IMG/VR virus record: IMGVR_UViG_2636415645_000002
Location: 19,760-83,759 of that record
Strand: one strand, 5' to 3'
Length of the DNA stretch: 64,000 nt
Source: a virus
Taxonomy: Duplodnaviria > Caudoviricetes
Of the stretch, positions 56,847 to 64,000 are shown one piece after another. Below the pieces are notes generated by a model. It did no database searches, was not told the DNA's origin, and was given only the letters and a program-made list of their open reading frames with translations. Both the position numbers and the translations under genes were made by a program. The first letter of the stretch is position 1. Every line of letters starts with the position of its first letter.

Positions 56847-56965
56847 TTCATTTCTTCATTCGTTTTTCGCAGGTGATTCCCGGGAGCGCCAGGACGGCGC
56901 TCAGACCAGAAGCTCGTCGGGAAGCGCCGGCTACCTGCAACTTATCTCGCTCACAGGAGCATCTC

Positions 56966-57559
56966 ATGCGCGCCAATGAACTGACCACGTACACCCGTGG
57001 CGATCTGACTATCAGCAGCCCGGACGAAGGGGTGGTGCTGAAACTCGCAACCCTGGCCATCGCCGCCGCCCCAGCCATTGCGGCAAGCGGCATCCCCGCC
57101 GTCGGCGAGTGCTGGCCCGGCGAAGGTGGAATCAACGGCGGCCTGTTTCCTGGGGGCGACAAGCCCTACTACCTGATCGTGCCCACGGGCGCAGATGCTG
57201 AGTCCACCCTTGAGTGGGGTGGCTACGGCCAGGAGCTCGACGGCGCCAAATCCCCATGGGATGGCCAGGCCAACACCGCCCACCTGGCAAGCAGCAACCG
57301 GGAGCACGACCACCCGGCCGCCCAGTTCTGCGCCAACTTCGAGCGCGACGGTCACAAGGACTTCTATCTGATGGCGCGCCGTGAGGCGTCATTCCTCGAA
57401 ATCACCGTTCCGGAAGTGTTCACCCAGTCTTATCACTGGACGAGCTCGCAGCGCTCCGCCTACTTCGCCTACAGCATGGACTTTGAAGATGGCTGGCTCA
57501 GCTACGGCGTCAAGTTCTACGAGCGGCTCGCGCGCCCTGTCCGCAGAAAGTTTATTTGA
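56966..57559 (+). CDS. DGR target 2, DUF1566-like C-type lectin fold
   Basis: CAGGAG RBS; paralog of target 1 (WGxYG...GAxSxxDGxANT); carries VR2. Confidence 0.88.
   Translation: MRANELTTYTRGDLTISSPDEGVVLKLATLAIAAAPAIAASGIPAVGECWPGEGGINGGLFPGGDKPYYLIVPTGADAESTLEWGGYGQELDGAKSPWDGQANTAHLASSNREHDHPAAQFCANFERDGHKDFYLMARREASFLEITVPEVFTQSYHWTSSQRSAYFAYSMDFEDGWLSYGVKFYERLARPVRRKFI
57446..57547 (+). repeat. DGR variable repeat VR2
   Basis: Aligns without gaps to TR 58141-58242 with 12 mismatches, all at TR adenines. Confidence 0.95.
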
Positions 57560-57579
57560 TCATTCAATTCTTCATTCAT

Positions 57580-57595
57580 GGGTGCGATAGCACCC
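57580..57595. promoter_or_regulatory. Hairpin downstream of VR2, candidate DGR homing cruciform
   Basis: GGGTGC-GATA-GCACCC. Confidence 0.65.
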
Positions 57596-57617
57596 TCGCT
57601 TTTCATGGAGGCCAGGG

Positions 57618-57971
57618 ATGGCGCTGCACACGGAGTTGGAAATCCACAAGGTAGCCGAGGATCTGCTCGGGCTTTCGCTCGACCTGGTGCGCAATATTCC
57701 GCGCGACCTGAAACAGGTTGTCGGGGCAAAGATCCGGGACGAATGCTTGCAGGTCCTGGTGCTGATCGGCCGGGCCAACATGACCCGGGACAAACTGCCC
57801 CAGATCAACCTGCTGTTGGAAAGCATCTGGATGCTCAACTACTTGCTGCGAGCCCTAACCAACAGAGGGTTGATCAGCAAAGGGCAGCACGCCAAAGCAA
57901 TGAAGATGACGGCCTCTGTAGGCCGACAGGCAAACGCCTGGAAGAAGTCCGCAACCGCGCCCGCTGCTTGA
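57618..57971 (+). CDS. avd: Accessory variability determinant, four-helix bundle
   Basis: 117 aa basic helical protein, IPRDLK..VG...VGRQANAWKK; between targets and TR. Confidence 0.85.
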   Translation: MALHTELEIHKVAEDLLGLSLDLVRNIPRDLKQVVGAKIRDECLQVLVLIGRANMTRDKLPQINLLLESIWMLNYLLRALTNRGLISKGQHAKAMKMTASVGRQANAWKKSATAPAA

Positions 57972-58140
57972 GGGTTAAGGCCCTCTTGCCTGTGCGCCAA
58001 ATCTGGTCGAGCCGCTGACCTCTGGGTCACCGCCATGCGCACAACAGATACCGCCGGTCTAAAGCGTCCGGGCTGGTCTCGCGCAGTTTCCGAACTGATC
58101 GGCAATGCCTTCGGTTTGGCGATGTAGATAGCTCGACGGG

Positions 58141-58242
58141 TCGCAGCGCTCCGCCAACAACGCCTACAACATGGACTTTGAAGATGGCTGGCTCAACAAC
58201 AACGACAAGAACAACGAGCGGCTCGCGCGCCCTGTCCGCAGA
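58141..58242 (+). ncRNA. DGR template repeat (TR)
   Basis: 102 bp, 8 AAC codons and 29 adenines; master copy for both VRs. Confidence 0.93.
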
Positions 58243-59341
58243 TTTAAGTGTTGCTCCCTTCCAGTTCGAGGATCTCGTCCAGGCTTACTACGACTGCCGG
58301 CGCAACAAGCGGAACTCCGCAAGTGCCCGGCTGTTCGAGAAAGACATGGAGATCAACTTGCTGGAGCTGTACGACGACCTGATTGCCGGCACTTACCGGC
58401 CAGGCCGATCCATTTGTTTCGTGGTCACCCGACCGAAAGCCCGCGAAGTGTGGGCAGCAGCCTTTCGGGACCGCGTCGTCCACCACCTCATGTACAACCA
58501 TGTGGCACCGCGCTTCTACGCCAGCTTCATAGCGGACAGTTGCGCATGCATTCCTGGGCGCGGCACGCTGTACGCCGCTACCCGCCTCGAGTCGAAGATC
58601 CGCAGCGCCAGCGAGAACTGGTCGAAGCAAGTCTTCTACCTGAAGTGCGACCTGGCCAACTTCTTCGTCGCCATCGACAAGGCTGTGTTGCGCAAGCAAC
58701 TGGAGGCCAGGATCACCGAACCCTGGTGGCTGGCTTTGGCCACGCAGATCCTCATGCATGACCCGCGCGAGGATTACGAAACCCGTAGCCCGGCGCACCT
58801 GTTCAACCGGGTGCCCCAGCATAAGCGGCTGGTTGCGCAACCCGCGCGACTCGGCCTGCCGATCGGCAACCTGTCTTCGCAGTTCTTCGCCAACGTCTAC
58901 CTCGATGCCCTGGACCAGTTCGCCAAGCACACGCTGCGGGCCAAGCACTACATCCGGTACGTCGATGACTTCGTGTTCCTGCATGAGTCGCCGCAGCAGC
59001 TCAATGAATGGCTCGCCGCGGTCGAAGCTTTCCTACCCAAGCTCGGCGCCAAGCTGAACCCCACGAAGACGATCCTGCAGCCTGTGGATCGCGGTGTTGA
59101 CTTCGTGGGCCACGTCATCAAGCCCTGGCGGCGCACCACCCGTAAACGATCACTGGCCCAGGCACTGAAGCGCACCGCCGCAGCGCCCGCCGAGGATCTG
59201 CGCGAGACCGCCAACAGCTACTTCGGCCTGCTCAGTCAGGCCAGCCACAGCCAGAAGGACCGCGCCGCCCTGGCGAATGTCGTGCTGAAGCGCGGCAACA
59301 CGGTCAACGCAGCGCTGACCAAGACCTACCAGAAAGCCTAA
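58184..59341 (+). CDS. DGR reverse transcriptase (start at TTG 58178 or ATG 58184, inside TR)
   Basis: FRDRVVHH, LKCDLANFF, GLPIGNLSSQFFAN and YIRYVDD motifs. Confidence 0.95.
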   Translation: MAGSTTTTRTTSGSRALSADLSVAPFQFEDLVQAYYDCRRNKRNSASARLFEKDMEINLLELYDDLIAGTYRPGRSICFVVTRPKAREVWAAAFRDRVVHHLMYNHVAPRFYASFIADSCACIPGRGTLYAATRLESKIRSASENWSKQVFYLKCDLANFFVAIDKAVLRKQLEARITEPWWLALATQILMHDPREDYETRSPAHLFNRVPQHKRLVAQPARLGLPIGNLSSQFFANVYLDALDQFAKHTLRAKHYIRYVDDFVFLHESPQQLNEWLAAVEAFLPKLGAKLNPTKTILQPVDRGVDFVGHVIKPWRRTTRKRSLAQALKRTAAAPAEDLRETANSYFGLLSQASHSQKDRAALANVVLKRGNTVNAALTKTYQKA

Positions 59342-59382
59342 TCCACTCCACCGCCCGGGCATGGCCCGGCAAGGAAATAACT

Positions 59383-59832
59383 GTGTCCGAAGTAAAGAGC
59401 TACCACGTAACCGAGGCCGGTCTCGTTGAGGGTGAGGCGCTTGGCCGCATCAATGTTGTGCTGCGCGCCGACTTCGATAGCGTGACCCGCCTGTTTCTGG
59501 ACGCCGCAGAGCGCGCCGTTGCCTCGGAGCGCCGGGAGAAGGAGCTGCAGCGGCGCCTGACCGAAGCGGATGAACGGGAGGGCCAACGGGCAGCGTTGAC
59601 CAATGATGACTTGATAGCGATTGCAAGAAACGCAGCACTGAACAGCGTGGATCGCTACAACTACATGCCCTGCCTTCCAGAGGAAGCCTACGCATGGGAG
59701 CCGCACTATTGGGTTATCGAGGCTATGCGCGCCGCACTCAAACCAGCAGAGCCCGCCAAGGATGAGCACGTTTGCACTGGCTGCGGTTCCAAGGGCTGGA
59801 CCGCGAACTGCGCTGAGTGCGTGCCGTACTGA
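59383..59832 (+). CDS. Hypothetical early protein
   Basis: AAGGA RBS, GTG start; C-terminal CxxC...CxxC. Confidence 0.65.
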   Translation: MSEVKSYHVTEAGLVEGEALGRINVVLRADFDSVTRLFLDAAERAVASERREKELQRRLTEADEREGQRAALTNDDLIAIARNAALNSVDRYNYMPCLPEEAYAWEPHYWVIEAMRAALKPAEPAKDEHVCTGCGSKGWTANCAECVPY

Positions 59833-59896
59833 ACCCAACTCCCCGCCTACTGCTGGTGCCTGCTGGCACTGGCACAACTGATTTGCTGAGGTATTT

Positions 59897-60136
59897 ATGA
59901 CAGCAATTACTGACCACGACATCGCGTTTGCCCAGGCTGTAGTCGCCCTTGCACGCCAGCATGGCATGACCGGCATCGACATGGGATTTCGCCAAAACTT
60001 CGACCTGTCGCAGCAGACCGGGTGCTATTGCAGTAAACGCATCACCTGGACGGAAGGTCGCCATGGTGATGACGCACCGATCAAGTTCCGCACCGAGGCA
60101 GAAGCATCAGTGCCAGAAAAGGTAGCCAAGCCATGA
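59897..60136 (+). CDS. Hypothetical early protein
   Basis: GAGG RBS. Confidence 0.6.
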   Translation: MTAITDHDIAFAQAVVALARQHGMTGIDMGFRQNFDLSQQTGCYCSKRITWTEGRHGDDAPIKFRTEAEASVPEKVAKP

Positions 60137-60600
60137 CCACCAACCAAACGATTGACGGCGTGCCGCGTGAGGATCTGGAGCTGGTATTGATCCACGGGCA
60201 CTCGACCACCGAGTCTAACGAGGCCTGGGATCGACTGCGCACCCTACTGGAGGCTGAATCGGTAGCTTGCGCACAATCGCAAGTTGAAGGTAAGCGTGAG
60301 CGATTCCAGAAGTGGGTGATGGCAACCAAGCACCCGGTATACGGCTTCCTCGATGGTCGATCTCTGGCCCGCGGCGACGACCGCACCGGTTACGCCGATG
60401 AGTATATGCAGGGCCTGTGGGTTGCGTATCTAGCATTCGGCGCCGAGCAGCCCGCTCCGGATATCAAGCTGCACGTAAACGTCAGCAACGTGAAGGTCAC
60501 GGTTAACGCTGATGGAAGCTACAGCATTGATCCGGTAGTAGCTGCGCAAACCTGCTGCGGCTCATGCCCTGGCGGGTGCGTCTACGGTCTCAAAGCTTAA
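60133..60600 (+). CDS. Hypothetical early protein
   Basis: ATGA overlap with upstream gene. Confidence 0.6.
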   Translation: MTTNQTIDGVPREDLELVLIHGHSTTESNEAWDRLRTLLEAESVACAQSQVEGKRERFQKWVMATKHPVYGFLDGRSLARGDDRTGYADEYMQGLWVAYLAFGAEQPAPDIKLHVNVSNVKVTVNADGSYSIDPVVAAQTCCGSCPGGCVYGLKA

Positions 60601-60888
60601 CCACTCTCTGTAACCCCTCCCCCTTCAAAGTCAGCCGCTATAGCGGCATACCGAAGCGACGATAAGAATGCGTTGAGAGCCTAGATCGGGTGCTCAGATT
60701 TATCGCTACCGAGATTTTTTGCGCCACTACGATCTCGAAGAATTTTCTTAATAGCCAGCTTGGCGTCTGGATCACCGCACTCAGCCATGCATTCCAGACA
60801 ATCACCCCGCAATCCATGAGTTCAGGGCGGGTATTTAAGGGCCGTTGGCATATGCTGCATTTTTTCATTACGTGATCCTCAGCCGGGA

Positions 60889-61122
60889 TTATGGGCAGAA
60901 ATCTCCGAGGCTATCCCGTGCAATTTGAACGGCGTACTCAAGCAATTCTAGGGGAACACTTGGCTCAAATAGGGTCACCTCGAAACGCAGGGTTTCGTCA
61001 TTCCGGAAAATCTCGAACATCTGCGTTCTGTCACCTTCCCAGCACTCTAAAGCCAAGCCGTCATGACCTATGACGACGCTCGAAGCACGGCAAAAACGGT
61101 ATTCAATTCCGTGTACGACCAC
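60889..61122 (-). CDS. Antisense moron protein
   Basis: GGAGG RBS; 77 aa acidic protein. Confidence 0.5.
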   Translation of the reverse strand: MVVHGIEYRFCRASSVVIGHDGLALECWEGDRTQMFEIFRNDETLRFEVTLFEPSVPLELLEYAVQIARDSLGDFCP

Positions 61123-61204
61123 ATCTCACCTCCATTTCTAAGGAGGCAACGATACATCTCCCCTCTATGAACTTGATAGCCGCTATGGCGGCAAGGACGA
61201 AGTC

Positions 61205-61651
61205 ATGCCTGAAGAAATCAACAAAGCGTGGCCGGACCACTTCCGCTATATCGACACCATTGGCCCGGAAGGCTTGGAGGTGCACTGCATCACCTATCGG
61301 GTGATCGGCGAGACCGCGCAGTGTTTCTACATCGGCGATACCCATACATGCGACCTGGTCAAAGGCCCGCAATACAGCTGGACCGCTGAGGCGGTTAAGA
61401 AGCGCAGAAAGCGCGTGCTGAAAGACGGTGGCAACTGGGGCCGTCGATTCGCCTACACCGACAAGGCGTTGGCACTGCGCTCTTACAAGGCACGCAAGGC
61501 CTGGCAGCTGCGACACGCTCGTTTGTCAATGGAGCGGGCCCAGGCGGCTATCGGGTACTTCGGCGATGGCCAGGCAGAAAGCGTGATACCGGAAGCGGCA
61601 GTGACAATCCCGAACGAATACATCCAGGGCTTAAATTGGGAGGACTACTGA
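61205..61651 (+). CDS. Hypothetical early protein
   Basis: AAGGA RBS; 148 aa. Confidence 0.65.
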   Translation: MPEEINKAWPDHFRYIDTIGPEGLEVHCITYRVIGETAQCFYIGDTHTCDLVKGPQYSWTAEAVKKRRKRVLKDGGNWGRRFAYTDKALALRSYKARKAWQLRHARLSMERAQAAIGYFGDGQAESVIPEAAVTIPNEYIQGLNWEDY

Positions 61652-61703
61652 TGATCGCCACCCTCTGGTTCGCCTACGTCTTCATCTACAAGGGGCCAAG
61701 GCC

Positions 61704-62039
61704 ATGACCGAACAGAACACCAAGGAATTTTATTCTACCGAGCAGGCCTCTCAACATGCTGTCGACTGGCGCAAGCGCCATCCCGCATGGCGCCGGATCT
61801 GTGATATCCCCGATCACTCCGTGTTCATGAAAACCTACGACGAGATCCCCAAGCGCGAACGCGCCTACTGGGACAAGAACGGCGGCGAAGAATGCTGGCG
61901 GGAATTCGGGACAGGCGAAAGCAAAGTGCCTACGGGTTTCATCTCCGGAAAGGGCGAGTTTTTCGACCACGTTCTCAAAGTTCCTCTCCATCACAACCTG
62001 ATGATGGTTTTTCGCGTTGGCAGAAGCTGGAAACCCTGA
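61704..62039 (+). CDS. Hypothetical early protein
   Basis: 111 aa Trp-rich ORF. Confidence 0.6.
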   Translation: MTEQNTKEFYSTEQASQHAVDWRKRHPAWRRICDIPDHSVFMKTYDEIPKRERAYWDKNGGEECWREFGTGESKVPTGFISGKGEFFDHVLKVPLHHNLMMVFRVGRSWKP

Positions 62040-62085
62040 CGCACTCCCCTAACCCAATCCCCCACATGCCTGCCGGTGAGCGAAG

Positions 62086-62334
62086 TCACGGCAACTGACT
62101 ATCGATCCATCGTTCAGCTGCCGCCATCGCTTCATCAAGCGCTGCCGGATAGTCAGGCCAAGGGCCTTCCAACTCCGCTGCTACCTCACCCAAGCCATCG
62201 ATGGGTGCTGGTTCAATGATCTTTGCAGCAACAGGGCTCTGGTCGTTCGGGCGGCGCCAGTCGAACTTGAGAAAAATCACGTGGCCCCGGTAAGCGTGCG
62301 CTATCGGAGCATCGAAGTTGTGTGACACGTCCAT
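62086..62334 (-). CDS. Antisense moron protein
   Basis: GAGG RBS; 82 aa. Confidence 0.55.
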   Translation of the reverse strand: MDVSHNFDAPIAHAYRGHVIFLKFDWRRPNDQSPVAAKIIEPAPIDGLGEVAAELEGPWPDYPAALDEAMAAAERWIDSQLP

Positions 62335-62452
62335 GCCTCATCACGAACTTAGTTGAACCCTTTTGTACACCGCTTCGGTCCTGTTTGAAAGATAGGCAGA
62401 AAGCTATCACTCCAATCCCCTATATGCCGCCCCGCGCGGCTAGGACACACCC

Positions 62453-62683
62453 ATGTTCGCTATGAAACTCACCCTGATACTGCTGGGCGCTTTTCTGTAC
62501 CTGGTAGGAACACTCGGCTGGTTCGGCTGGTTCGGGCTCGACCTGCTGGACACCGGCACCACCGAGGCACTGCTCTCCGCCTTCGCCGGCACATGCGCCT
62601 GGCTGCTGATCAGCTTCGGCCTGGCAATCCAAATCATCAAGACAGCGCGGCCTGCGGGCTCACTCGACAAACCAGAGGCATAG
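62453..62683 (+). CDS. Small two-TM membrane protein
   Basis: Two hydrophobic helices; AGGA RBS. Confidence 0.6.
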   Translation: MFAMKLTLILLGAFLYLVGTLGWFGWFGLDLLDTGTTEALLSAFAGTCAWLLISFGLAIQIIKTARPAGSLDKPEA

Positions 62684-62694
62684 AGGTGCACACC

Positions 62695-62931
62695 ATGGAA
62701 ATGCAAAGCGAAACCCTTGCCGAAGAAGAGATCGCGGCAATCACCGGTTACATGATCCCGTCAGGCCAGATCGCCTGGCTCAATCGAAACGGCTGGAAGT
62801 ATGTGCTGACCCGCGCGCGCCGACCTGTAGTAGGCCGCGTCTACGCCCGCATGAAACTGGCAGGCGTAAAACCATCAGCAGAGAATGTCGCGGCCGAAGC
62901 CTGGTCACTGGATCTGTCAAAAGTAGGATAA
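62695..62931 (+). CDS. DUF4224-like excisionase candidate
   Basis: EEIAAITGY...RPVVGRVYARMKL; homologous to 19521-20018. Confidence 0.75.
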   Translation: MEMQSETLAEEEIAAITGYMIPSGQIAWLNRNGWKYVLTRARRPVVGRVYARMKLAGVKPSAENVAAEAWSLDLSKVG

Positions 62932-62935
62932 ATCA

Positions 62936-64000
62936 ATGCGAGCAAAAAAGGCGGCGAACAGGGACCTGCCGCCGCGAATGATTCGGCGCGTACGCACGCT
63001 GAAGGGTGGCAAAGAGTGGGTTGGTTATTACTACGACGGGAGGAATGAAGACGGGAAGCGGGTAGAGATCCCGCTCGGGGGTGATTTGGATATCGCCAAG
63101 GCTGAATGGGCAAAGCTTGATTGCAAGCCGGTGCCGAAGAAGAACGCCCTGCTGGCCCAGGTGTTTGATCGTTACGAGCGGGAGATCATCCCAGGCAAGA
63201 AGCCCAAGACGCAGAGTGACAACCTGCTGAGCCTTAAACAGCTTCGCAAGGCTTTCAACGACGCTCCCATTGATGCGGTTTCGCCACAGATCATCGCGCA
63301 GTACCGGGACAGCCGAACCGCCAAAGTCCGGGCCAATAGGGAGATATCCCTACTGTCCCACATCTACAACATTGCGCGGGAGTGGGGGCTCACAGAGAAC
63401 AACCCCGCCGCCGGCGTGCGCAAGAACAAAGAGGTGCCGCGTGACTTCTACGCCACCGAGGAAATCTGGAGCGCCGTGTATGCCGTCGCAGCCTCGGAAC
63501 TGCGTGACGCGATGGACCTGGCCTACCTGACTGCCCAGCGCCCGGCGGATACGCTGTCCATGCGTGAGGCGGACGCCGTAAACGAATTCCTGCAGGTGTC
63601 CCAGGGAAAGACATCGAAGAAACTACGCATTCGCCTAACCGCTGCCGGCGCACTCAATGATCTGGGCGCCTTGGTTGCAAGGCTGATAGAGCAAAGACGC
63701 TCCCGGGGCGTACGAAACCCTTACCTGATAATCACCGAAGACGGCAGGCAGGTGACTAAGCACATGCTCCGGCTACGCTTTGACGATGCTCGCGACAAAG
63801 CAATCGCCATCGCCAGAGAGGCAGGCGACGGTGTTCTTGCATCTAGTATTCGGCAGTTTCAGTTCCGTGACATCCGCCCGAAAGCTGCCAGTGAGATTCT
63901 GGACCTGGGCGATGCCAGCCGCCTGTTGGGGCATACGGACAAGCGGATAACCGAGACGGTTTACCGTCGTGTTGGGGAGATTGTGAAGCCGACGCGCTGA
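62936..64000 (+). CDS. int: Tyrosine integrase of prophage 2
   Basis: TAQRPAD, FRDIRPK and LLGHT...VY; homologous to 20020-21069. Confidence 0.93.
   Translation: MRAKKAANRDLPPRMIRRVRTLKGGKEWVGYYYDGRNEDGKRVEIPLGGDLDIAKAEWAKLDCKPVPKKNALLAQVFDRYEREIIPGKKPKTQSDNLLSLKQLRKAFNDAPIDAVSPQIIAQYRDSRTAKVRANREISLLSHIYNIAREWGLTENNPAAGVRKNKEVPRDFYATEEIWSAVYAVAASELRDAMDLAYLTAQRPADTLSMREADAVNEFLQVSQGKTSKKLRIRLTAAGALNDLGALVARLIEQRRSRGVRNPYLIITEDGRQVTKHMLRLRFDDARDKAIAIAREAGDGVLASSIRQFQFRDIRPKAASEILDLGDASRLLGHTDKRITETVYRRVGEIVKPTR

Larger units (their letters stand above)
21186..64000. mobile_element. Prophage 2, HK97/lambda-like, apparently complete, DGR-carrying
   Basis: Lysis, tail, head, terminase, Q, replication, immunity, early genes and integrase in canonical lambdoid order. 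Confidence 0.93.

Noticed and set aside
56873-56965. N-terminal extension of target 2 from the ORF track
   Set aside because: A good RBS precedes ATG 56966, and the upstream stretch is the hairpin region following VR1
56731-58242. CRISPR array from the three ~100-bp repeats
   Set aside because: The repeats are long, coding and irregularly spaced, with no cas genes; no CRISPR array was seen anywhere in the window
58171-58761. 196-aa ORF starting in TR as a third target gene
   Set aside because: It is the TR read in the VR frame running on in an alternate frame of the RT; it has no target N-terminal domain and lacks the downstream shared motif
58178-59341. RT as a retron, group II intron or Abi RT
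   Set aside because: The adjacent avd, the TR/VR pairs with adenine-only mismatches and the GNLSSQ motif fit a DGR; no maturase/endonuclease extension or VTG motif was seen
60638-60868. 76-aa minus-strand ORF as an intact gene
   Set aside because: It starts with a CxxC but the remainder looks out of frame or degenerate; support is too weak to list it as a feature

Overview
The window holds two temperate siphophage-like prophages in the same orientation. Gene families, LexA boxes and the tRNA sequence suggest a Pseudomonas-like host (inference). They are joined at a 3' fragment of tRNA-Ser(TGA) at 21186-21246, which looks like a shared att site. Prophage 1 (<1-21246) has a lambda-type terminase, portal and S49 protease, a Mu gpT-like capsid, a Toprim/VapE primase-helicase, cI/cro and an integrase. 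Prophage 2 (21186->64000) looks essentially complete: HK97-type head, lambda-type tail, GH19 endolysin with spanins, O/P-like replication genes, cI/cro/cII/Q and a related integrase. The main signal is a complete diversity-generating retroelement (DGR) in the early accessory operon of prophage 2: avd 57618-57971, template repeat (TR) 58141-58242 and reverse transcriptase to 59341. One TR diversifies two tandem paralogous small C-type-lectin-fold (DUF1566-like) genes, with VR1 at 56731-56830 and VR2 at 57446-57547; every mismatch falls on a TR adenine. The targets are not the tail fibre and have no obvious signal peptide, so intracellular proteins appear to be hypermutated. All product calls come from motif recognition by eye; no database searches were run.
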